Shown here in pieces: positions 1-12,197 of a stretch of 64,000 nt of DNA (positions are counted from its first letter, which is position 1; the number at the start of each line of letters is the position of its first letter). Source of the DNA: Antedon mediterranea. Lineage: Eukaryota > Animalia > Echinodermata. The stretch is taken from assembly GCF_964355755.1 (NCBI RefSeq), contig NC_092677.1, positions 1,634,101 through 1,698,100 on the forward strand, written 5' to 3'. Made by a program: the position numbers and the translations under genes. Below the pieces are notes generated by a model that was given only the letters and a program-made list of their open reading frames with translations, made no database searches and was not told where the DNA came from.

Positions 1-3000
1 TGATGACCCACCAGTGGATGATGATACTGTGACATTAAATGTGATATGTACGTATACGGTTAAATTCAAATATTTGTATATAGATAGAGAGCTTGATTCT
101 TCTTCTGTTATTACGTTATTATATACTTCATTATATAGTCATTGGTATATTTTTTAATTGTTTATAATACAGTTTTAAAATATTTTTGGAATGGAAAAAC
201 ATTGTTTAGGCCTATCGCTAGACCGGTACCCAATATATTTCCTGTATTATTTCAGTGCAGAATGACTGTATAAATCACGCTTGTTCTAATGGAGGTTTTT
301 GTACCCAGTCTTCTAGTTCTATAGGATACACGTGTTCCTGTCCAATGTGTTTCTTTGGACAATTGTGTGAAACTCGTGAGTTTTTTTATTTTCTATTATT
401 GGAAAGTACTGTACATTACAAGCCAAATTATTCCTTTAAATCTTTTTAATTAAATAATTAAGAAAGTATATCAAATCTAGAAATGATCTTGGCGGGGTAG
501 GTTATCCGCACAAGCGCGGTTTACACGTTGTACGTTAGAATATTCGCCCACAAATTGATAATGCTGAAATAAATATTATCTTTTTGTTTGCATAATTTCT
601 ATTTTTGTGCCATATGATCCATATCCAGTACATATTTTATAACTACATACAGTGTAGCATAGAGGAAATTACCGGACCTACCTACATAGATGAAATTACC
701 AGTTTTGTCTGCAAAAGTCGGTCCGGGAGGCGATTTTTTTTTTCGTACATAAGTTGGGGACCCCCCTCATGAAACGTCACAAAATAAACATGAATAATTC
801 ATCAGTTAAATTTGTTGTTCCGTGTGCACCCAAGCGTATAGGAACAAGAAGCGATTACACAACTGCGATACGATACTTTCTAGGCCTAGGATTCTAAGTC
901 AATTCACGCGATTGCCTTCGCGCACTCTTCTTCACACAAAATGTGTCGAGTCGAGGCTAATCGACAGCTAGGCAAGACATTAAACTAAGTAGTAATTCAT
1001 TGGACATAGCCCAAAGAAAGCTTAGACCCACAAGAATAAAGAATGTGTATAATTTGTGTACTGTATTTTTTTTAATTCTGCTATTTTATTATCAAACAAT
1101 GCATGTACTCAAAGGAACTTTAAAAATGCGCGTATATGAACACATGAGATGGGAAGATTAGACCCACGAGAATAAAAAATGTATTTTTGTGTAATGTTTA
1201 TTGTTTAATTTTGCTGACTTATTACTCGGATTGTGTCATACCTATAACACACACACACACACGCTCTACTAGAATAGACATATGTTTAGAGACTAATAAT
1301 TAGGCCTAGGCCTAATAGTATTAATAGAAACTATAATTTTAACACGTAATTCTTTAGTAATAAATTATATTAAAAACACTATCATAAACTAAAGGCTGAT
1401 TATTTAGACAATCCACACAAAACGCCGCTATTCTTCTATGAAATCGCTCGCCGCAACAACAGCGCGGAGATAGGCCTAGAATCGTACCGCACTTGTGTAA
1501 TCACTTCTTGTTGCTATACGCTTGGGTGCACACGGAACAAGAACATTTAACTGATGAATTATTCATGTTTATTTTGTGACGTTTCATGAGGGGGTCCCCA
1601 ACTTATGTACGAAAAAAAAAATCGCGTCCGGGAGACCATTTAATGGCTTCAAAATCGGTCCGGCCGAACACATTTTTGCCGCAAAAAGCTGGTCCGGCCT
1701 GGATAAAATCGGTCCAGGCAGTAGGACATTTTGGCTACCAAAAGTGGTACCGTCTTAAAAATATATGGTGCTATAATGTATATATCATTCAAAAAAGGCC
1801 ATAGGCCAGAGATGTCAGGGTAATGTATACCAGGAGGAATTTTATAAAAAATGATATTAGTAAAAATGTTATTACATATTAATCGTCTAATAGTTGCAGA
1901 TACGTTTCAATTCCGTTCAATTTAATGTTGATGCTTTTAACCTCATCTTCCAGTAAGGAATAGTTAGTGTTAAACTGCTTCAGTTCAGTGTTGTGTGTGA
2001 CACAGTCATTTTGAAATGTGGCTGTTACCATGGTTACGGATGTCGTAAAAATGTGTTATCTAACATTTTGGTAACAACAGCAGCAACAGCAACAACAATA
2101 ACAACAACAATAACAATAACAATAATCTATATATAAATTTACGTAAGGGCAAAATTCGGTAAATCGCGCCTTACTTTTAGAATTTTTACTCGATGGTATA
2201 TAAAGTTGGTTCGTACTTTCGGTACTGGTTTTAACCACCTGATGTAACCCTGTTTACTAATTAAATTAAGTTAGATAATTAGTTATTGACGATTAAAACG
2301 AATTTAGGTTCAACGATTTGCCCCAAATAGGGGTGTTTTCCGATCGTGGTACACTGTCTAATGGATGTCAATCTTGAAAAATACCCGCCACAAAAATTTG
2401 AGGAGGCTTCGCATTTTCCTATCTCCTCCTACGATAATTGTTTTTAATAGCTGAAAACCGGTTGAACAGCTCGAGTACAGTATCATGATGTTGAAGACAG
2501 GCCGATTTTCTTAAAAAAATACTATTTTGATAGATTTAATATACGTTTATACAAATGTATTGATTTGCGATGAATGGAACATTCCAATCTCTGTGTCGTT
2601 CCACAAGTCTCTATTCCCTCAGGCGTCGTAAAGGAAAGTACTGTATACTCATAACAGAAATTCGATCCATTTTTTTTTCAATCTGTGCTGCAGAGGTTGG
2701 ATATAATTTTTTATAAACGGATAATGAGCTGGTGCTAGCGTTTTCAGTCGCCGTATGTTATGTACAAATCTTTATTATTGCAGTTAAACCACCCATATCA
2801 TCACCCTTCCCTCACTGGCATGAGTAGCGTTAAAAGCCATAGTAGAGCCTGATAGGCCTACGGTGCATCATATGCCCTAAACGCAAAACAACTTTGGTGG
2901 GTAGGGTAGGAACCAACTTAAGTATGAATTGGCTCTAAGAAACAATTGAAAACCATTACCACTACTAATTAAGTTGAGTTAGATAATTTAATATTTATTG

Positions 3001-6000
3001 ACGATTAAATCGAATTTATGATTTTCCCCCGAATAGAGGTGGTTTTCACAAATTGTTTTACATTATATAAACATACACGTCGTAGTTATGTATCGTTACA
3101 TGTACTGCTATTTCAATCTACTAGGACGGTGATACTGATAGTTTCAACAAAGTATTACATCGCAATGTTTTACTGTGTTTAGTGGTATATTATTTGTAAA
3201 ACATGAAAACAATTAATATTTTGTTACTAAATGTATAAAGAATATATTTAAAAATTGTTCCTCTTTGCACCCATCCTCTTCCCCATCCCTCAACCCTAAT
3301 GTTACATACAAAACACAAATTAAGTTTGTTTAAATTTGACTTAAACAATTGGTCTCATTTTGTGACAAGTTTCTCTTTCGGAAGTAATTCCCATGGTGCT
3401 AATTTTAGTTGAGTACATAAATCAGTGTCTGTTTATTCGTTTCTGTAAACGACATGTATTATTGTACGTACAGTTGAAATCGTCAGTTTTTTAACGCTGA
3501 AATTATTATGTATTCGAGAACCATCTGTGGGCACGACCTAGATGGTACGCGAGCGAAGCGAGCGTACCATCTAGTAATAACAATAATATTAATAATAAGT
3601 GGAAACAAAACTGCATTAGCGCCTAAATGAGTTACTCCAACAACCTTTGCCAGAATCAAGCTCGGCTTGTGACCATTCTCTTGTGGTTCTTGATCTTGTA
3701 AAATATTACAGCCTGTACATCATGCTATACTGGACAGTAAATGTCTTTGTACTGTGATTTGAAGGTGCTATTGTAAGTTTTTAATGTCTTTTATGAATGT
3801 TTTTAATCATTTGCTAAAAAATCAGGACCATTTATCCTGTCCAAATAATGTTATAAATAAATTAAATATGTTTTAAATAAATTAAATGAATAAATAAATG
3901 CATGGTAAGCTCTAATGTGTGTCTGCTTGTTTTTTTTCCATATCCCAGTTCAAATTACAGTGTATTAAAACATGCAATTTGAACATTCATTTATTATTAT
4001 CAGTACTGAATGCATGCTCCAACAATGCTTGTCAGAATGGAGGTGGTTGTGTCCAGGTTTCTGGTTCGTGCACAGCATACACGTGTACCTGTCCAGACTG
4101 TTATACTGGACAATTCTGTGAGACTCGTAAGTTCTATGTTTTCCTGTTTGTTTTTATTTACAATTCAAATACAAATTTGATTCATGTATTTTACAGTAAA
4201 AAGCATGTTTGTTACTCAAATAAATTTATTTATTATTATTATTATCAGTATTGAATGCATGCTCCAACCATGCTTGTCAGAATGGAGGTGGTTGTGTCCA
4301 GGTTTCTGGTTCCTGTACAGCATACACATGTGCCTGTCCATCATGTTTTACTGGAACATTCTGTGAAACTGGTAAGTTCTATGTTTTTTCTGCTTGTCTT
4401 TATCAGAATTCAAATATGTATTTTACAGTCTATAGTTTTCTGAAACTGTAATTTTTTCTTTTGTATAATATTCACTACCAGCGTCTGATGCTTGGGACGC
4501 AAGTTCTATGTTTGTCTGCTTGTCAGCCCGTGCCGACTGAATCTTCCCTATAATATTCCAGTATAAATGTAACTAGAATGCATTCATTTTTTATTATCAG
4601 GAAATGCTTGCACTGGCAACATTTGTCAGAATGGAGCTGCTTGTTTCCCGGTTTCAGGTTCGTGCACAGCATACACATGTACCTGTCCAGACTGTTATAC
4701 TGGACAATTCTGTGAGACTTGTAAGTTCTATGTTTTTCTGTTTGTTTTCAGTCGCGTGGAAGCGACTCTATAGTTCACTATGTCGGTCGGTTGGTCGGTC
4801 TGTCTGTCTGTCGGTCTGTCTGTCGGTCTGTCTGTCTGTCTGTTGGTCCGGTATCACTATGCGTTTTATCGCTTTCTGACCTTATCTTGATATCAGTTTA
4901 ATCTAGCTAAGTCAATTGTTCACAGAATATTCCTTATGGCCAGGAATCGATGTGGTTATGTTTTCACGGTGCGCAATAAAAAATTACGTGGTCTGCGCAC
5001 GATTTAACGAAATCACGTTTCTAATCATATCTTCACAACCATGAATCACAATTAAATAAAATTTGGTACTCATAAATTTCAGGGCATAAATCATCATATG
5101 GCAATACAATTACGTGCGTAGCGTATGTAACGCATGCGTACGCGCGCTTAAAATTTTCAAAATTTATTTTCGATGAAATAAGAGTACGTTTCAGGCAATT
5201 TTAAGCGTTTACAAAATTTCTATGAGTGCGCATATTTTTGCGTGCGCACTGCGCGTTAAATGTTATTGCGAACTCTTTTTGCCCGATTTCTGTTTTCTTG
5301 ACTTACTTTTCAACGCGAAATTACGTTATACGAGCACGTCAAAAGTGACAGGCTACGCACGTGTAAATTAAAAAAATATAAATGTTTTTAAACATTTCAA
5401 CATTTTTAAACATGTTCAGTAATTTCGGTCAGTATAGTTCACTATGTCGGTCGGTCGGTCTGTCTGTCGGTCTGTCGGTCTGTCTGTCGGTCCGGTATCA
5501 CTATGCATTGTAGCACGCGACTTAATGGCTGTTGGCCTTGTTATTTACAGTCGAAATACAAATTTAATTCATGTATTTTACAGTAAAAAGCATGTTTGTT
5601 ACTCAAATACATTTATTTATTATTATTATTATCAGTATTGAATGCTTGTGATAACAGTGCTTGTCAGAATGGAGCTGCTTGTGTCCAGGTTTCTGGTTCG
5701 TGCACAGCATACACGTGTACCTGTCCAGACTGTTATACTGGAACATTCTGTGAGACTTGTAAGTTCTATGTTTTTCTGTTTGCTTTATTTACAGTTCAAA
5801 TACAAATTTGATTCATGTATTTTACAGTATAAAGCATGTTTGTTACTCAAATACATTTATTTATTATTATTATTATCAGTATTGAATGCATGCTCCAACA
5901 ATGCTTGTCAGAATGGAGGTGGTTGTGTCCAGGTTTCTGGTTCGTGCACAGCATACACGTGTACCTGTCCAGACTGTTATACTGGACAATTCTGTGAGAC

Positions 6001-9000
6001 TCGTAAGTTCTATGTTTTCCTGTTTGTTTTTATTTACAATTCAAATACAAATTTGATTCATGTATTTTACAGTAAAAAGCATGTTTGTTACTCAAATAAA
6101 TTTATTTATTATTATTATTATCAGTATTGAATGCATGCTCCAACCATGCTTGTCAGAATGGAGGTGGTTGTGTCCAGGTTTCTGGTTCCTGTACAGCATA
6201 CACATGTGCCTGTCCATCATGTTTTACTGGAACATTCTGTGAAACTGGTAAGTTCTATGTTTTTTCTGCTTGTCTTTATCAGAATTCAAATATGTATTTT
6301 ACAGTCTATAGTTTTCTGAAACTGTAATTTTTTCTTTTGTATAATATTCACTACCAGCGTCTGATGCTTGGGACGCAAGTTCTATGTTTGTCTGCTTGTC
6401 AGCCCGTGCCGACTGAATCTTCCCTATAATATTCCAGTATAAATGTAACTAGAATGCATTCATTTTTTATTATCAGGAAATGCTTGCACTGGCAACATTT
6501 GTCAGAATGGAGCTGCTTGTTTCCCGGTTTCAGGTTCGTGCACAGCATACACATGTACCTGTCCAGACTGTTATACTGGACAATTCTGTGAGACTTGTAA
6601 GTTCTATGTTTTTCTGTTTGTTTTCAGTCGCGTGGAAGCGACTCTATAGTTCACTATGTCGGTCGGTTGGTCGGTCTGTCTGTCTGTCGGTCTGTCTGTC
6701 GGTCTGTCTGTCTGTCTGTTGGTCCGGTATCACTATGCGTTTTATCGCTTTCTGACCTTATCTTGATATCAGTTTAATCTAGCTAAGTCAATTGTTCACA
6801 GAATATTCCTTATGGCCAGGAATCGATGTGGTTATGTTTTCACGGTGCGCAATAAAAAATTACGTGGTCTGCGCACGATTTAACGAAATCACGTTTCTAA
6901 TCATATCTTCACAACCATGAATCACAATTAAATAAAATTTGGTACTCATAAATTTCAGGGCATAAATCATCATATGGCAATACAATTACGTGCGTAGCGT
7001 ATGTAACGCATGCGTACGCGCGCTTAAAATTTTCAAAATTTATTTTCGATGAAATAAGAGTACGTTTCAGGCAATTTTAAGCGTTTACAAAATTTCTATG
7101 AGTGCGCATATTTTTGCGTGCGCACTGCGCGTTAAATGTTATTGCGAACTCTTTTTGCCCGATTTCTGTTTTCTTGACTTACTTTTCAACGCGAAATTAC
7201 GTTATACGAGCACGTCAAAAGTGACAGGCTACGCACGTGTAAATTAAAAAAATATAAATGTTTTTAAACATTTCAACATTTTTAAACATGTTCAGTAATT
7301 TCGGTCAGTATAGTTCACTATGTCGGTCGGTCGGTCTGTCTGTCGGTCTGTCGGTCTGTCTGTCGGTCCGGTATCACTATGCATTGTAGCACGCGACTTA
7401 ATGGCTGTTGGCCTTGTTATTTACAGTCGAAATACAAATTTAATTCATGTATTTTACAGTAAAAAGCATGTTTGTTACTCAAATACATTTATTTATTATT
7501 ATTATTATCAGTATTGAATGCTTGTGATAACAGTGCTTGTCAGAATGGAGCTGCTTGTGTCCAGGTTTCTGGTTCGTGCACAGCATACACGTGTACCTGT
7601 CCAGACTGTTATACTGGAACATTCTGTGAGACTTGTAAGTTCTATGTTTTTCTGTTTGCTTTATTTACAGTTCAAATACAAATTTGATTCATGTATTTTA
7701 CAGTATAAAGCATGTTTGTTACTCAAATACATTTATTTATTATTATTATCAGTATTGAATGCATGCTCCAACAATGCTTGTCAGAATGGAGGTGGTTGTG
7801 TCCAGGTTTCTGGTTCCTGTACAGCATACACATGTACCTGTCCAGACTGTTATACTGGACAATTCTGTGAGACTTGTAAGTTCTATGTTTTCCTGTTTGT
7901 TTTTATTTACAGTTCAAATACAAATTTAATTCATGTATTTTACAGTAAAAAGCATGTTTGTTACTCAAATACATTTATTTATTATTATTATTATCAGTAT
8001 TGAATGCTTGTGATAACAGTGCTTGTCAGAATGGAGCTGCTTGTGTCCAGGTTTCTGGTTCCTGTACAGCATACACATGTGCCTGTCCATCATGTTTTAC
8101 TGGAACATTCTGTGAAACTGGTAAGTTCTATGTTTTTTCTGCTTGTCTTTATCAGAATTCAAATATGTATTTTACAGTCTATAGTTTTCTGAAACTGTAA
8201 TTTTTTCTTTTGTATAATAATCACTATCAGCGTCTGATGCTTGGGACGCAAGTTCAATATTTGTCTGCTTGTCAGCCCGTGCCGACTGAATCTTCCCTAT
8301 AATATTCCAGTATAAATGTAACTAGAATGCATTCATTTTTTATTATCAGGAAATGCTTGCACTGGCAACATTTGTCAGAATGGAGCTGCTTGTTTCCCGG
8401 TTTCAGGTTCGTGCACAGCATACACGTGTACCTGTCCAGACTGTTATACTGGACAATTCTGTGTGACTTGTAAGTTCTATGTTTTTCTGTTTGTTTTATT
8501 TACAGTTCAAATACAAATTTAATTCATGTATTTTACAGTATAAAGCATGTTTGTTACTCAAATACATTTATTTATTTATTATTGTCAGTATTGAATGCAT
8601 GCTCCAACAATGCTTGTCAGAATGGAGATGGTTGTGTCCAGGTTTCTGGTTCCTGTACATTATACACGTGTTCCTGTCCATCATGTTATACTGGACAATT
8701 CTGTGAGACTTGTAAGTTCTATGTTTTTTTGGTTTTTTTTTATTTACAGTTCAAATACAAATGTGATTCATGTATTATGAATCAAATTATGTATAATGCA
8801 TGTTTGTTACTCAAATATTTTTATTTATTATTATTATCAGTGTTAAATGCTTGTAACAACAATGCTTGTCAGAATGGAGCTGCTTGTATCCAGGTTTCTG
8901 GTTCCTGTACATTATACACGTGTTCCTGTCCATCATGTTATACTGGACAATTCTGTGAGACTTGTAAGTTTTATGGGTTTTTTTTTGGTTTTTTTTATTT

Positions 9001-10944
9001 ACAGTTCAAATACAAATGTGATTCATGTATTATGAATCAAATTATGTATAATGCATGTTTGTTACTCAAATACATTATTTATTATTATTATCAGCATTGA
9101 ATGCATGCTCCAACAACTCATGTCAGAATGGAGGTGCATGTGTCCAGGTTTCTGGTTCCTGTACAGCATACACGTGTACCTGTCCATCATGTTTTAGTGG
9201 AACATTATGTGAAACTGGTAAGTTCTGTGTGTGTCTCTTGTCTTTATCACAGTTCAAATACAAATTCATGTATTTTACAGAAAAAAAAGCATTTTAGTAA
9301 CTCGAATACTGTACATTCATTACTATTATCAGGATCAAATTCTTGCTCCAGTCATAGTTGTCTAAATGGAGGTTCATGTAAAACTGTTACGGGTTCCTGT
9401 TCAGAATACACATGTACCTGTTCATCATGTTTTAATGGAACGTTCTGTGGAAATGGTAAGCTTTGTGTCTGTTTGTCTTTTTTCTTTTCATAGTTTAAAT
9501 ACAAATTCAATTCTTATGTTTTACCGTATATTAATTAACTCGAATACATTCATTTTTAAAAACAGCGTCAAATGGTTGCTCCAACAACCTTTGTCAGAAT
9601 GGAGGTACATGTAACACTGTTGTTGGTTCCTGTACAGCATACACGTGTACCTGTCCATCATGTTATACTGGAACCTTCTGTCAAACATGTAAGTTCTATG
9701 TTTGTCTGCTTGTCACTACCAAATGTCAGGTATAATTGGTAAATATTACAGTCTATTATGCTTACGATTGACGCCATATTTACCTGTTTATCATGCATAT
9801 TGGACAATTACAGTTATTTATTTTTCAAAAACTACTTTATGTAATCTCAATATTTTCTTTCTATTTAATACCAGTGTTGAATGCTTGTTCCAGCCACGTT
9901 TGTCAGAATGACGCTACTTGCAACCAGCATTCCTGTACAGTATACACATGCACCTGTCCTACTTACTACATTGGAACGTTCTGTGAAACTTGTAAGTTCT
10001 TAGTTTGTCTTCTTCTGTCAAACAATTTTTTAATACGCAAATGCGTCTATGGTTTTAGATTAAGATTTGTTAATAGTGAAAATGATTAGGTAGGTGTACT
10101 ACAAACTATCTGTTGCGATATTCACCCTCTTCACTAAGTGGAAAAATCATATTTTAGTGTGATTTTCCGTTTTGTATTAATTTCTGTTGTATAATATGGA
10201 ATATTTATTTGAAATGAAAAGTTAACGACATTTTTTTAAACATAAACACAGATTTAGGTTTGACTTCAGAGACTTCAGATGACTCAACGAGTCTTGCTGT
10301 CATATTCGTGTTTGTTGGAACAGTCATTGGCATTATTTTCACACTTTTAATATTTTGTTTGATCAGAAAAATGATAATGCCAAGTCCACAACAGGTAAGA
10401 TGCATTAAAAAATAAAATAAGTTATCCTAGGTCGTATTGAGATGAATGCATTTGGATATCATATTTAAACTCAATACAGTACTGTATTATTGTGTCATTA
10501 AATCAACGAATCGCAAATGCTACACTATAAACTAATAATATTTAATTGGGTTTTTTTTTCATGTTTTTTAAGGTAACGGAATCGGAAAATGACAATCAAA
10601 CAGGGGTAATTAAATAACTATTTGAATATTACTTTTCAGCAACATCACCTTCATAATACATCATTTCTAATTCTTAACTAAATAATTTTAAATCATAATG
10701 ACAACCAAAATTGACACACCATTGTAAACAAACCCAGTTTCTACCGACATTTATTTGAACAATTAGAAACTTTAAGCTTTTAACATGTTGCTAATTACAA
10801 TATAATTTCTAAATTGCTTTTTAGATACCTTCTTCTATTGATGAAATAAATCCGGACAGCAATCGTGTTTACGATGAGATACAAACAACCGATATAAGGA
10901 ACACAGTTGTATATGCGAATCAGATGTTCGAAACAGAAACTTAA
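1..10944 (+). CDS. 5'-partial type I membrane protein: Ig-domain end, 18 tandem EGF-like modules, TM, short Tyr-containing tail
   Basis: Exons: 1-47 (DDPPVDDDTVTLNVI, Ig G-strand-like). EGF exons, all phase 1-1: 256-375, 4004-4126, 4249-4371, 4601-4720, 5636-5758, 5880-6002, 6125-6247, 6477-6596, 7512-7634, 7753-7875, 7998-8120, 8350-8469, 8589-8711, 8841-8963, 9095-9217, 9333-9455, 9566-9688, 9875-9991. TM exon 10252-10394 (LAVIFVFVGTVIGIIFTLLIFCLIRK); 10573-10605; last exon 10825-10944 (IPSSIDEINPDSNRVYDEIQTTDIRNTVVYANQMFETET*). All junctions are AG/GT and in frame. Confidence 0.88.
720..1640. mobile_element. Non-autonomous DNA transposon / foldback-like element with long inverted repeats
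   Basis: About 165 bp at 725-888 (gcgattttttttttcgtacataagttggggacccc...taggccta) is the reverse complement of 1471-1635. Flanked by ggacc..ggtcc short repeats. Confidence 0.7.
2075..2125. repeat. (CAA/CAG)n microsatellite
   Basis: caacagcagcaacagcaacaacaataacaacaac... Confidence 0.8.
3538..3575 (+). mobile_element. Hairpin ending in CTAG/T, Helitron-like 3' terminus
   Basis: ctagatggtacgc-gagcgaagcga-gcgtaccatctag then t: a perfect 13-bp stem ending in CTAG followed by T. Confidence 0.45.
4748..5542 (+). mobile_element. Helentron-associated non-autonomous element (HINE / DINE-1-like), copy 1
   Basis: Subterminal inverted repeats agtcgcgtg...cacgcgact, GTCG/GTCT microsatellite, and a 3' small stem-loop ggctgttggcc then ttgtt. 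Inserted in a T run with no TSD; the empty site is visible at 8485-8505. Confidence 0.72.
6624..7418 (+). mobile_element. HINE / DINE-1-like element, copy 2 (from the tandem duplication)
   Basis: Same sequence as 4748-5542, offset by 1876. Confidence 0.72.
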
Positions 10945-11923
10945 TGTGTTGAAGGAGTAAACTGTATTTATATTTTATCTAATTATTTAAATGGACTCAA
11001 AAGTAAGTTTTGTAATGTGTTATGTGTTTTTCGAAACCGGACACTCGATGCAGTTCAAATAAATGTATGTAATTCTATATTAATTAGTTTAGTTTACAGT
11101 TATATTGTATTATAATGATAGTTCTGATATAATACATAGAATAACACAACATTAACACTATTGTTGAATCGACTATAAGTATTTTATCATTTTGTTTTAT
11201 ATTGACACTGTTGATTCGTCTATTTGTTATATAAATATTTTTATATAGTTTATTATATATCATTGTTGTTACTTTGGGAGTACGGAACCTGAACTCTTGT
11301 TATAGTGATTAGGTTCACTTTTAGGTTCCTGCCTACTCCCTTAGTTTCTGTGTTTTTATGTGTTTTTGTAACTGGTTTTTGGCAATAAATAATAATAACT
11401 ATACACAATCAATTTATAATTTTAAAAATACCAATCTAAATATATATAAATTTTAATAAATAATAATTATTATAATAACAACAACAGTAGTAATGACAAT
11501 AATTACTATAGTAAAAATAACAACAATTTTAAATGTAAATATGTATATGTTTGTATGATGTAGTATGTTTAAGCGGATATTAGCCCTTGATGGCATTTGC
11601 AGCAATAAAGAAATTGTATTGAATTGAATTGAAATTTTAGTTAAGGTATTTAGCTATGTATCACTGCTGCGTCTTTTTTGTTTGCTTTTGTGTTCTAGAT
11701 ATTATATTAAATATAATAATAAACTATTTACTAATTCCTGTATATTTGTTAATCAATTGATTCAATCAGTTGGAGATGGACAATACCGTATTGTACATAT
11801 AGCATAAGAGAAGTAAAAATAACAAAATCTTTCCAATATAAGTCTAAAAGGCAAAATAAACTAAAACAGGAACAAACTACATTTCAGCATACAATAAAGC
11901 TAGAGTTAATAGTGAAATTTGTA

Positions 11924-12197
11924 ATGAAGGCAGGCAAAGTATACCGGTTTGGTAATTCTGCTGATTGTTCAACTTTGCAACCGTAAGTAAAAATACTGAA
12001 ATTATTTATTTTTCCACAGAAATAATAATAATCAAAGATCAAGAAAATAATTAAATAATTAACTAATTTAATTTATCAATAATTTTTTTTTTTTTAATTT
12101 AGTTTCAGGTACAACTTCCCAAACACCAGTGAAAGCGAATTCTAGTAGAGTCAACGTTGGTGAAGGTGCAACAATTACATGTTATACATTTTGTTAA
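11924..12197 (+). pseudogene. Remnant of an Ig-superfamily gene: frameshifted signal-peptide exon and truncated V exon
   Basis: 11924-11982: the ATG is out of frame with RQAKYTGLVILLIVQLCN, followed by a gtaagt donor. 12103-12197 reads SGTTSQTPVKANSSRVNVGEGATITCYTFC* (Ig A'-B strand pattern, then stop). Confidence 0.55.

Larger units (their letters stand above)
4004..7755 (+). repeat. Near-identical 1876-bp tandem duplication (4 EGF exons plus a HINE per unit); a third related unit without the insertion continues to ~8500
   Basis: ORF and exon coordinates are offset by exactly 1876 (4251/6127, 4604/6480, 5444/7320, 5596/7472) with identical translations. Confidence 0.92.

Noticed and set aside
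4004-9991. CRISPR-like repeat-spacer appearance
   Set aside because: The repeats are spliceosomal EGF exons with homologous introns; the context is eukaryotic and there are no cas genes.
256-10944. Notch, Crumbs or fibropellin identity
   Set aside because: There is no calcium-binding EGF consensus and no LNR, ankyrin, laminin-G, CUB or avidin domain; the 8-Cys modules and short tail differ.
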